A stretch of 64,000 nucleotides of DNA from a virus: positions 12,403 through 76,402 of the IMG/VR virus record IMGVR_UViG_3300027319_000002. One strand, given 5' to 3'. Both the position numbers and the translations under genes were made by a program. Numbering within the stretch: position 1 is the stretch's first letter; each line of letters opens with the position of its first letter. The notes under the pieces are model-generated. The model saw nothing but the letters and a program-made list of their open reading frames with translations, had not been told where the DNA came from and made no database searches. This document shows positions 1 through 7,696 of the stretch, piece after piece.

Positions 1-1
1 C

Positions 2-199
2 GAGTCGATCGCGCGTAAGCTCGGCGACAGCTCCGACCGGTGGCGGATCATCGCTCACGTCGAGGCCGTTCCCCGGGACAAGAGTGTCGGGGAGGTGTTC
101 TACAACGCCTTCTACGGCGCCGTCGGTCCCGGCTTCCAGTGGACGACCATCGGCCACCATCCGAGCGACGTGTTCGCATCCGGCGGGGTTCGCCAGTAA
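2..199 (+). CDS. hypothetical protein, 3' fragment (cut by window start)
   Basis: Open frame from base 2 (ESIARKLGDSS...GGVRQ) to TAA 197-199, high-GC codon usage, followed by a terminator. Confidence 0.6.
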   Translation, partial: ESIARKLGDSSDRWRIIAHVEAVPRDKSVGEVFYNAFYGAVGPGFQWTTIGHHPSDVFASGGVRQ

Positions 200-210
200 G
201 ATCGACGCAA

Positions 211-274
211 GCCGGTCCCCCGAGGCCTCCCAGTTCTTGGTGGAACTTGGTTCCGGGGGACCGGCCCTTTTTTT
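211..274 (+). terminator. intrinsic terminator
   Basis: GCCGGTCCCCC (211-221) pairs with GGGGGACCGGC (255-265), followed by a T7 tract. Confidence 0.65.
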
Positions 275-342
275 CCCAACTTGACGCATCTCAACTTGAG
301 GGGTCTACCGTCAAACGCTGTACATAGCGGACGGAGACCATC

Positions 343-657
343 GTGTGCACCACCACCGACACACCGACTGAACCTGCCTACTGCCAGGTCTTCCTCGGTG
401 GGCCGCGGCACGGGCGGCCTCTTCCGGGCGACGTCATTGAAAGCTGGGCCGAGACCGTCTCCCTTCCGGCATGGGATCCTCAGCTGGGGGCGGCGTGTGA
501 GAACCCGGAGTGCCCGCGGTGGCGCATCGTGACCTACCGCCGGTGGGAAACCGAGATCCTCGGTGAGCGCATCACCTTCTGGGTGTGCGAGGACAAATGG
601 CGCGAGCGGCAGAAGCTCGCCCGGCAGGTTCTGCTTTTTCCCCTGGAGCGCAAGTGA
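343..657 (+). CDS. hypothetical protein
   Basis: GGAGA RBS-like motif, FLGGPRHG motif, stop overlaps next start (GTGA). Confidence 0.65.
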   Translation: MCTTTDTPTEPAYCQVFLGGPRHGRPLPGDVIESWAETVSLPAWDPQLGAACENPECPRWRIVTYRRWETEILGERITFWVCEDKWRERQKLARQVLLFPLERK

Positions 658-1091
658 CACAGGAATATCTCACCTACATCATCAACCCGATGCTGCTGAT
701 CCGCGAGTGGCATGAGGCGGTCAACCAGCCGCGGATCTTCGAGCTGAACAACCCTGCCGAGCGGCAGAACCTTATCCGGCTGCGGGCGACGCTGATCGAG
801 GAAGAGTTCGCCGAGGTCATCGCCGAGCTGAAGGCGCTGTACCAGGGGGAGGGCGACATCGCCCGGCTGGCCAAGGAGCTGGCCGACCTGGCATATGTGG
901 TCTACGGCACCGCCGACGTCTTCGGCATCCCGCTCGATGAGGTCTTCGAGGCGGTCGACGCCAACAATAAGACGAAGATCGACCCGGAGACCGGGCGGGT
1001 TAAGAAGCGCGCCGACGGCAAGGTCGAAAAGCCCGAGTGGTATAAGCCGATCTCGCTGGACGAAATCCGCGACATCATTAACTCGTACTAA
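654..1091 (+). CDS. MazG-like nucleotide pyrophosphohydrolase (all-alpha NTP-PPase)
   Basis: EEEFAE and KELADLAYV motifs plus C-terminal KTK...RADGKVEKP, typical of phage MazG-like/DR2231-type enzymes; GTG start overlaps upstream TGA. Confidence 0.85.
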   Translation: MTQEYLTYIINPMLLIREWHEAVNQPRIFELNNPAERQNLIRLRATLIEEEFAEVIAELKALYQGEGDIARLAKELADLAYVVYGTADVFGIPLDEVFEAVDANNKTKIDPETGRVKKRADGKVEKPEWYKPISLDEIRDIINSY

Positions 1092-1156
1092 CAGTATAAA
1101 ACGCTCAAACGGTACCATCGATTCAGGAAATTCCCCCGACTGGATCGGCGGTACCG

Positions 1157-1468
1157 TTGTCTTTTGAGCCTGCTGACCTCGCCTCCGAGTTGCCAGTGCT
1201 CGGTCCGCTGGCGGGGCTCGTCCTATATCTCTTTATTACAGAGCGCATCGTTCCGGGCCCGGCTTATCGCCGTGTGGTCAACGAGAATAAGCGGCTCGCT
1301 GCGGAGAATAGCCGCCTGACTAGGCGCATTGAAGAGGTCATCCCGCTCGCGAAAGGGGCGGTCGAGGCCGCCCGGATCAACGCGGTCGCATTCACTGATC
1401 TGGTCAAGACGCTTGAGAGTGTCCAGCAGTTGCTGACCGAGGCTAAGGCGGCGTCGGACGAGGAATGA
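1157..1468 (+). CDS. membrane protein with N-terminal TM helix and coiled coil
   Basis: Hydrophobic LPVLGPLAGLVLYLFI followed by a heptad-rich segment. Confidence 0.65.
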   Translation: MSFEPADLASELPVLGPLAGLVLYLFITERIVPGPAYRRVVNENKRLAAENSRLTRRIEEVIPLAKGAVEAARINAVAFTDLVKTLESVQQLLTEAKAASDEE

Positions 1469-1474
1469 GGCGAC

Positions 1475-1657
1475 ATGAGCTGGGACATCCAAGCGAACCG
1501 CGAACCACTAGACGAGGTTATGGAGATCATTTGTACCTCTCAGGAAGAGATCCGCGGTTACCTGGAGCAGATGCGGGCGGGCGCCCTTCAAATCCAACGC
1601 ATCCGGGAGCGCTTCGAACAGGTTGTAAAACTGAGCGGTGAGGACCATGCACGTTGA
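1475..1657 (+). CDS. small coiled-coil hypothetical protein
   Basis: GAGG RBS, operon packing. Confidence 0.6.
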   Translation: MSWDIQANREPLDEVMEIICTSQEEIRGYLEQMRAGALQIQRIRERFEQVVKLSGEDHAR

Positions 1658-1817
1658 GACCTGCTATTTCCACGAGGGCCAGCACTATGGCCCGCCCGGC
1701 TGCTATCACGAGCAATTCCCGGAGGAGTACCCTCCGGGGTGGACGGTACAACATTTGAGCCGGGGCGAATCATACTGGATTGTGAATAGAGGAAAGGAGG
1801 CGCCGGATGGCGCTTAG
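1647..1817 (+). CDS. small hypothetical protein (56 aa, not in ORF track)
   Basis: GAGGA RBS, ATG 1647, MHVETCYFHEG...APDGA, TAG 1815-1817; overlaps both neighbours. Confidence 0.55.
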   Translation: MHVETCYFHEGQHYGPPGCYHEQFPEEYPPGWTVQHLSRGESYWIVNRGKEAPDGA

Positions 1818-1983
1818 ATCTCCTGCGGACACTTCAACTCCGAATTACTGGGGCTGTGACTGGTATGAGCGGTACCGCGGGTGGACGTGTCAGAAGCCTA
1901 CTGCGTGTCCGCCGCCGGTGACTTCCGCTGAGATTTACGGCCATGGCATGACGCCGTACAAGGCCGAGTACCCGGGCAGCTGA
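1807..1983 (+). CDS. small Cys/Trp-rich hypothetical protein (58 aa, not in ORF track)
   Basis: Strong AAGGAGG RBS, MALRSPAD...WGCDWYERYRGWTCQKPTAC..., TGA 1981-1983. Confidence 0.55.
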   Translation: MALRSPADTSTPNYWGCDWYERYRGWTCQKPTACPPPVTSAEIYGHGMTPYKAEYPGS

Positions 1984-2048
1984 TGTGATTCCCCGGCCCC
2001 GCTGCCGAGAAATTTGGCGGCGGGGCCACTCGGTTCACCGGAGACGTC

Positions 2049-2723
2049 ATGCGTAAACGCCATAACCCACATCGAGCGCGAAAGTACGCCCAAAAGAGCG
2101 CCAAGACGACCGCCCGGCTGGTTGCTCAGCAACAACAGCAGCAGCAGGCGCAGCCACCCAAGCCGCCCACGCCGCGCGTCACCACACGCCGCATACCGAT
2201 CCGGCGCGGTCTGCCCGAGCGCAGCGCGCAGCGGATGGCGCAGCGTCTACAGGACGTCCTTGAGGGACAGACCCGGCCGACCAGGTCGGCGGACCGATGG
2301 GCTGACATTCTCGCGCCCACGGACGAGGAGCGGGCCGCACGAGACCGGATGCTGCAGTCCGGGCTCACCCGGAGCATCCGCCAGCGCTCCGACCGCCCGC
2401 AGGGGATCGAGATGGATCCCATGGCGTGGTGGGCGCTGGAAATGGCCAAGGAGGGCAACGACGTCTACCTGCTGCCCTACCAGCCGACCCCGTCGATTAA
2501 CCCGCCCCGGCCGCGGACGCTCGCCGCCGGTTACGATTTCTCCACCCGCACCCTTCGCATCCGCTTTAGGAACGGTAAGGTCTACGGGTATTACAACGTC
2601 CCGCCGCGGGTGTGGGAAGACTTCCAGCAGGCAGCCAGCCCGGGACGGTTTATAAACCGCGTTCTCAACCGCTACTCCTACGCGCACGAGCCCGAGCTGG
2701 ATATTCCGACGGGCATGCACTAA
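2049..2723 (+). CDS. KTSC-domain protein with basic/poly-Gln N-terminus
   Basis: C-terminal YDFSTRTLRIRFRNGKVYGYYNVPPRVWEDFQQAASPGRFINRVL matches the KTSC consensus. Confidence 0.8.
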   Translation: MRKRHNPHRARKYAQKSAKTTARLVAQQQQQQQAQPPKPPTPRVTTRRIPIRRGLPERSAQRMAQRLQDVLEGQTRPTRSADRWADILAPTDEERAARDRMLQSGLTRSIRQRSDRPQGIEMDPMAWWALEMAKEGNDVYLLPYQPTPSINPPRPRTLAAGYDFSTRTLRIRFRNGKVYGYYNVPPRVWEDFQQAASPGRFINRVLNRYSYAHEPELDIPTGMH

Positions 2724-2768
2724 CTAAGCGTTACCAGTCTTACCGCGCTGCTGCCTACGGTGCGGGGT

Positions 2769-3134
2769 ATGGCAAAGGTTCTGACGGTCGGGCCGTTCTA
2801 CTTCCAGATCCTGCGTCTTAAGCGGGGAACCGACCTGATCCACATCGCCGATACCCAGGAAGTCCTCTACCCCTACCGGATGGGGAAGGCGTTAGTGCTC
2901 CGCATCGGTGGAATCGGTTTCGTCGCTGGGATCTGGGTCGGCGCCGCCGAAGATGAGGACCTTGCTATGGCGCTCGCCATCAAGGCGAGGCCGGATCAGC
3001 TTTTCGACGACGAGGGGCGCCTGCTGGATCGGTTCGAGCGCCAGCAGATGCGAAAAGACGTCGCCCGATCCGTCACCAGCCTGGATGAGGAATGGAAGAT
3101 CGTGGACGCACTGGGCCTGCTGGAGGACGACTAG
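2769..3134 (+). CDS. hypothetical protein
   Basis: Coding-like ORF, stop overlaps next GTG. Confidence 0.65.
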   Translation: MAKVLTVGPFYFQILRLKRGTDLIHIADTQEVLYPYRMGKALVLRIGGIGFVAGIWVGAAEDEDLAMALAIKARPDQLFDDEGRLLDRFERQQMRKDVARSVTSLDEEWKIVDALGLLEDD

Positions 3135-3385
3135 TGGGATTCTTCCGGCGGCGTGATGATGGGCGGGAAAGTATCCGGCTCAAGGCGGCCAAGCGGCTTG
3201 ACCGGCTGCCCGCGGGCGAGGTGATGAACTTCGTCGACGCCTCCATGGCCGGGGCGTGGAAGGCCATGGAGGATTACGCTAAGAAGCCGGATTCGTTCCT
3301 TCTCGACGAGGCGGAACGCGGGCTGCAGCAGGCGCTCGGTGCCATCGACAGCCTGCGGAACCGGTTGACTTCCTCCCCCGTCTAA
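3134..3385 (+). CDS. hypothetical helical protein; last codons supplied by IS mini-element
   Basis: GTG at 3134 after GGAGGA RBS; C-terminal LTSSPV* lies inside the 3365-3412 element. Confidence 0.65.
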   Translation: MGFFRRRDDGRESIRLKAAKRLDRLPAGEVMNFVDASMAGAWKAMEDYAKKPDSFLLDEAERGLQQALGAIDSLRNRLTSSPV

Positions 3386-3412
3386 AGGCGGGGGTCTCCT
3401 CTGAGGGATCCG
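3365..3412 (-). mobile_element. IS200/IS605 single-hairpin mini-element (PATE-like)
   Basis: Begins TTGACTTCCTCCCC (same as right end of the 32678 element) and continues TAAAGGCGGGGGTCTCCTC (same as its left end); flanked by ATAA (TTAT on element strand). Confidence 0.75.
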
Positions 3413-3422
3413 ATAAAGGTGT

Positions 3423-3448
3423 CGCGTCCCCCGCAAGCGGGGGACGCG
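3423..3448. terminator. GC-rich hairpin between convergent genes
   Basis: CGCGTCCCCCGC-AA-GCGGGGGACGCG perfect 12-bp stem. Confidence 0.55.
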
Positions 3449-3457
3449 AAGTGTGAG

Positions 3458-3985
3458 TCAGGAGATCTTGACGGGCACCCAGGGCTGGCAGCCGCGAGTC
3501 TCGAACGCCTTATCCGTGCGGAGGATTTGGATCGTTGTGGGACCCTCGGCAATGCCGTTGTTGTTGATGGAGTTCAGCCCGCCACTCAGGTCTTTCAACC
3601 GTGCCCAGTAGCAGATTCCATCCTCATCAGGCCCCTTCGTCTTGTAGTAGCCGGGTTTGATCTCGACACCGACAACATAGGTGCCGGGGCCAATCTCGGT
3701 AACCTGTTCCGAATCAGCGGTCTTAGCCTCACTTTTCGGCTTCTCGCTCTGCGGAGCCTTCGGAGGGTCGGCGGTAAACGTTATCGTGGTGCGCTGCTGC
3801 TGCTCGGACGCTTCGTTAAGAGCATCACCAGCAGCGAAGAAAAGTCCGCCAGCCGTGCATGAGGCCACGTTGCTGATTATGAACGCTCCGATGATGGCGA
3901 GCTTCTTCCCAAGCCCCTTCTTGGGCTTCTCAGACCTGTGGCTTGGCGAAGGGTACCCCATTGGGGGCGACGCATGGTGCGCCAC
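3458..3985 (-). CDS. membrane-anchored/secreted actinobacterial-type surface protein
   Basis: AGGAGG RBS before GTG 3985; basic patch plus hydrophobic helix with Cys; C-terminal GTYVVGVEIKPGYY...CYWARL...FETRGCQPW domain seen in actinobacterial surface proteins. Confidence 0.7.
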   Translation of the reverse strand: MAHHASPPMGYPSPSHRSEKPKKGLGKKLAIIGAFIISNVASCTAGGLFFAAGDALNEASEQQQRTTITFTADPPKAPQSEKPKSEAKTADSEQVTEIGPGTYVVGVEIKPGYYKTKGPDEDGICYWARLKDLSGGLNSINNNGIAEGPTTIQILRTDKAFETRGCQPWVPVKIS

Positions 3986-4064
3986 ATCTGCCTCCTCTAC
4001 CCTTTGCTGGAACCAGCATAGCTCGTTCCAACAGTTGAAGAGAACTAGTTGTCCCAAACGTTAT

Positions 4065-4118
4065 TGACCGGTAGTTTGGCGGCGCAAGCCCCGGCCTTCA
4101 GGCCGGGGAGCACGTCAA
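4065..4118 (+). mobile_element. IS200/IS605 single-hairpin mini-element
   Basis: TTAT (4061-4064), then AAGCCCCGGCC-TTCA-GGCCGGGGAGCAC-GTCAA; same hairpin loop and GTCAA end as the TnpB element right end. Confidence 0.65.
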
Positions 4119-4144
4119 TAGACCCCGCGCGAGGAGCGGCCGGA

Positions 4145-4513
4145 ATGCCGCCTGATTCAACGGAGGAATACCCGTTGTACACCGCTCTCGTTTATCCCGC
4201 TCCTGATGAGATCGCATGGTCCGAGATGGTCGAGGTCTGGGATACCCGGGCCAACGTTTTGATCATCAACGACGGTGAGGTCCGGGATCATCCAGAGGTT
4301 CCACTGCCCGATGTCAGCTTGGATGAGGTGCTCGACCGCCTCGGCTATCGGCGTACAGGCCCCTGGCAGCGGGAGGATGACCGACCGGACGAGGACCTGC
4401 GGATCGCGAACATGATCCGCAGCGCGTCCGGCACGATCCTGCACGCTCTGCACAAGATGTGCATTGTGTACATCTTGCTCATGTTGTACACTCTGGTATG
4501 TGACAAGCGCTGA
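4145..4513 (+). CDS. hypothetical protein (C-terminus runs through the next promoter, possibly degenerate)
   Basis: GAGGAG RBS; first ~85 codons coding-like. Confidence 0.5.
   Translation: MPPDSTEEYPLYTALVYPAPDEIAWSEMVEVWDTRANVLIINDGEVRDHPEVPLPDVSLDEVLDRLGYRRTGPWQREDDRPDEDLRIANMIRSASGTILHALHKMCIVYILLMLYTLVCDKR
4453..4492 (+). promoter_or_regulatory. sigma70-type promoter with operator palindrome; leaderless start at 4500
   Basis: TTGTGT(4464)-N17-TACACT(4487); CAAGATGT-N9-ACATCTTG inverted repeat around the -35; GTG 7 nt after the -10. Confidence 0.6.
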
Positions 4514-5153
4514 GGGGTACGAGAAGGCGCTGGCCATCCGGCTTGAGCAGCTTGCACAGAAGCTGGAGAAGCTCGGCGTTACCGGCCACACGACCATTCC
4601 GGCCGGACGGTCCCCCGGCCCACTGGAGGATCAGCCAGAAAGGAATCGGGCCGTGAAGCTGGAAGACGTTCTGACGGAAATCGGTATCAAGTACAAGGAG
4701 GTCATCACGCGCAATCTGCGCGTGGAGAACCCGCTTCTCTGGATCATGTTCCGCGCCGCGGACGAGCTGTGGGTCCTTAAGGGCGTTGCCGCCGAGTACA
4801 CCACCGTCTGGCACGACCACGACGTTCTGAGCCCGGGAGACCCTACGTTCACCGTGACTGCCGAGTCATCGGACGGCCGCAAGGTGCAGACCTTCCAGCC
4901 GCACGAGCTCCCTGGCGACGTCAGGGCGCACATCAAGGACTGGCTGTGGGAGACCCGGCCTGTGAGGCTCGGGGACGCGCTGCGCGCGCCGATCAAGGAT
5001 AAGCTCGAGGCCGAGCGGGAAAAGGTTGCGCAGCTGGAGCGGGAGCGTGAGCGTCTCGTGACCACGATCGCGAGGCTGCGCGGCATGATCCACGCGCTTG
5101 AGGCGGAGAACGACAGCCTTAAGAGGCAGCTTCCCGCGGCCGAGGTTGCCTGA
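4500..5153 (+). CDS. hypothetical protein with C-terminal coiled coil
   Basis: Long coding-like ORF; start inferred from promoter position. Confidence 0.7.
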   Translation: MTSAEGYEKALAIRLEQLAQKLEKLGVTGHTTIPAGRSPGPLEDQPERNRAVKLEDVLTEIGIKYKEVITRNLRVENPLLWIMFRAADELWVLKGVAAEYTTVWHDHDVLSPGDPTFTVTAESSDGRKVQTFQPHELPGDVRAHIKDWLWETRPVRLGDALRAPIKDKLEAEREKVAQLERERERLVTTIARLRGMIHALEAENDSLKRQLPAAEVA

Positions 5154-5235
5154 CCTTCTTGTCCGGCTGGGCGGGCCCGGTCCGCCCGGCTCACTGGAAG
5201 GCCAGGTCAAAATGAGCATTCTGTATACTGTGCGC

Positions 5236-5424
5236 ATGAGTGATGATCAGCGGGAAGTCGGACTGACTGAGGCGCGGCACAAGATCGGTACCATGGTCGC
5301 CCAGGCCGAGCATGCCGGGCGAATCACCTTCCTCACACGCAACGGCAGGCATGTGGCGGCCGTGGTCCCCCTGTGGGTGGTGGAGCAGGCCTTGAACGCG
5401 AAACGGGCCCAGGAGGGCCGCTGA
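5236..5424 (+). CDS. Phd/YefM-family antitoxin-like protein
   Basis: VGLTEARHKIGTMVAQAEHAGRITFLTRNGRHVAAVVP matches the Phd/YefM fold consensus; TATACT at 5224 implies a leaderless ATG. Confidence 0.8.
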   Translation: MSDDQREVGLTEARHKIGTMVAQAEHAGRITFLTRNGRHVAAVVPLWVVEQALNAKRAQEGR

Positions 5425-5460
5425 GGAGCACCAGAAGAGCCCCAGAGAAAGGATCAGAGT

Positions 5461-5997
5461 ATGAGAGTCGTCATCCCCCAGACCCGGGTCTCGTTCCTTC
5501 TGGACGAGAATGAGCGGATCAGGTTCAAGGTCTCTCCTGAGGAGACGGGGCTGATCGTCGAGATCCTCGTCGACTATCACAACGAGGGCGACCACGGTCG
5601 GGTGAAGTACGCGTGGGAGGTGCGTGCCCTCGTTCACACCCCCAAGGGGGTCGACTACCGGCCGCTCCAGCCCGGTGACCTTCCTCGCCTGACTCGTGAC
5701 TTCATCAACGGCTTCGTCCACCGGGCCGCGCCTAACGACATCTACGACGGCGGCTTCGACGCCACGATCGATGAGTTCATCGACTGCCCCTGCTGCACGC
5801 GGTGCACGCAGTGCAACGGCCTCGGCGCGGTCGACGGCGAGAGCTGCAGCGCGTACGACGGCTATGGCCAGGTGCGGGGATGCCCCGAGGAGCCGCATGG
5901 GCAGAAGAAGCGCGGCTGCCCCACGTGTAACGGCACCGGCGATGACCCGGACCACGACGTGATCAGCTGTGCCCGACCTATGACGGCGACGGCCTGA
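5461..5997 (+). CDS. hypothetical protein with CxxCxGxG zinc-finger repeats
   Basis: CTQCNGLG and CPTCNGTG motifs; GAAAGGA RBS. Confidence 0.7.
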   Translation: MRVVIPQTRVSFLLDENERIRFKVSPEETGLIVEILVDYHNEGDHGRVKYAWEVRALVHTPKGVDYRPLQPGDLPRLTRDFINGFVHRAAPNDIYDGGFDATIDEFIDCPCCTRCTQCNGLGAVDGESCSAYDGYGQVRGCPEEPHGQKKRGCPTCNGTGDDPDHDVISCARPMTATA

Positions 5998-6027
5998 TCG
6001 TAAAGCCCGCCAGTAGCAGGGCATAGC

Positions 6028-6060
6028 AAAAGGGCCCCTTTCGAGGGGCCCTTCTTCTTT
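6028..6060. terminator. bidirectional intrinsic terminator
   Basis: AAAAGGGCCCCT-TTCG-AGGGGCCCTTCTTCTTT between convergent genes. Confidence 0.8.
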
Positions 6061-6065
6061 GCCGT

Positions 6066-7343
6066 CTAGACGGCTTCGTTGATGGTCACCTGGACGCCGA
6101 GGGCGGTCAGCTCTGCCAGCAGGTCCTGGATCCGGGATTCGCGGTCCTTGGTGGCCTGTGCCGACGTGCCGTAGGTGAGGTAGTCCTGGGCGACGGCGGC
6201 GGCGCGGGCCCAGGCGGGCGGGATGGACTTGATGTAGGTCTTGTAGGTGGTCTGCACCGACTTGTGGCCCAGCATCTTCGACACAGTGGCCACGTCCACC
6301 TTCTGGACCATGTAGGTGGCGAAGGCGTGCCGGAAATTGTGAGCGGTGATGGCCTTGTCTTCCAAACCGGCTCGGATAACCGCCTTCTTCAGCTCACGGT
6401 CGAAGCTGCTGTTGTTGACCGGCAGGTCCGGAATCACATCCGAGGGGAAGAGGACCCCATTTGGGGGAATGTTGTAGGTCTCGATGTGGCGCTCAAGCTC
6501 CTCTCGTAAGAGGTTGCTGAGCGGAACGTGACGTCCCTCTCCTTCCTCAAAGTACTTCAGCGGTCCCCAGGACCCACTGTGGGTCCACTGGCGGTAGATC
6601 CACAAGCTGTCTTCCAGGATGCAATCCCGGCTGAAGCCGAGCATCTCACCCTCGCGCAGCCCGGCCCCGGCCATCAGGTAGATGGCGACGCGGAAGAAGG
6701 GATTGATGCAGTCCGCGATCTTGTGAATCTCTTCCACGGAGGGGATGTAGCGATCCGCGGTCGGAACCTTGCGCGTCTTCTGGCGATCGGCCGGGTTGTC
6801 TGCCCGCCAGCCGTCTTCTACGGCCTGACGGAAGATCGGGCCCAGGACGAACTTGATGAGGGTCTTGACCGTACCCTCATAAACGCCCTTCTCGTACATC
6901 TCGGTCTTCAGCCGCTCGATGTCGATCTTGGTGATCTTGTTGATCGGCTTGTCACCGAATGCGGGGAAGGCGTACGTCCGGAGGGCCGACATGTACTGCC
7001 TCCGGCTGTTGGGCCGAAGCTCCTCCTTACCGTCTAGCCACTGATTGGCGTATTGCTCGAAGGTCGGCATGTCGCCCTCAGGTGACACCACAGGCATGCC
7101 CTGGCGCTTCAGGCGCTCCTGGTAGTTGGCAGCCAGGAACCTTTCCATGTCCTGCTTGGTCAGGAACACCTTGTGGCGCTGCTTGCCTGTGATGGCATCG
7201 TAGAAGCGGGCCTCGATCTTGCAGTCGCAGCGTCGCTGATCCTTGTGCGTGCAGCTGCTGACTCGGCGCCACGATCCGAGCCCGCGGCCGAGGTTGAACC
7301 ACTTTGAGGCCCCGTTCGACTTTGAGGACCTGCTCGCGCCCAT
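6066..7343 (-). CDS. int: tyrosine integrase
   Basis: Catalytic set GLREGE (R), HNFRH (HxxR), LGH and YKTY (Y); SAM-like N-domain. Confidence 0.92.
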   Translation of the reverse strand: MGASRSSKSNGASKWFNLGRGLGSWRRVSSCTHKDQRRCDCKIEARFYDAITGKQRHKVFLTKQDMERFLAANYQERLKRQGMPVVSPEGDMPTFEQYANQWLDGKEELRPNSRRQYMSALRTYAFPAFGDKPINKITKIDIERLKTEMYEKGVYEGTVKTLIKFVLGPIFRQAVEDGWRADNPADRQKTRKVPTADRYIPSVEEIHKIADCINPFFRVAIYLMAGAGLREGEMLGFSRDCILEDSLWIYRQWTHSGSWGPLKYFEEGEGRHVPLSNLLREELERHIETYNIPPNGVLFPSDVIPDLPVNNSSFDRELKKAVIRAGLEDKAITAHNFRHAFATYMVQKVDVATVSKMLGHKSVQTTYKTYIKSIPPAWARAAAVAQDYLTYGTSAQATKDRESRIQDLLAELTALGVQVTINEAV

Positions 7344-7395
7344 TGAAGCTCCTTTTAATACTTTTTTGAGGGGTGACTCCTCATCATTGCCCTTC

Positions 7396-7498
7396 TGACC
7401 TGGGCAAACGCGAGCTTAGCCTCACAACTGGAAGTTGTCAAGCGGTAGTTAGGGCTTGATCTTCAGACCATGATCAAATCCTAAGTTTGCCCAGGTCA
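7396..7498. other. candidate attP / integrase-binding palindrome
   Basis: 14-bp perfect inverted repeat TGACCTGGGCAAAC/GTTTGCCCAGGTCA enclosing TTAGG-gc-TTGATC...GATCAA-at-CCTAA, directly upstream of int. Confidence 0.45.
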
Positions 7499-7696
7499 TC
7501 CCAACTAAACACCTCACTCTCCGCGATCGTCAAGTTGGGCGGTGAACACCCCCCGTGTTCGCAGGTTTGAGGACCCTTTAAGGGGTAGCGAGGCCCCGAA
7601 TGAGGACCTACGGAACCGTAGGTTTCGCCGGAAGAGCTGGCCTTAGAGATCGCCGAGCCGGTAGGCTGAGCCCGTCCACCAAGAACAGGAGGCTCA

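Noticed and set aside
3419-3455. Hairpin starting GTCGC resembling a type I-C CRISPR repeat (solitary repeat / RNA anti-CRISPR)
   Set aside because: It lacks the ATTGAAA(C) 3' handle, is a single copy, and lies between convergent genes like a terminator.
5461-5997. DnaJ chaperone
   Set aside because: Only CxxCxGxG repeats; no J-domain HPD motif.
7344-7696. tRNA gene or tRNA fragment at the att site
   Set aside because: No cloverleaf, no T-loop GTTCGA consensus and no CCA end recognised.
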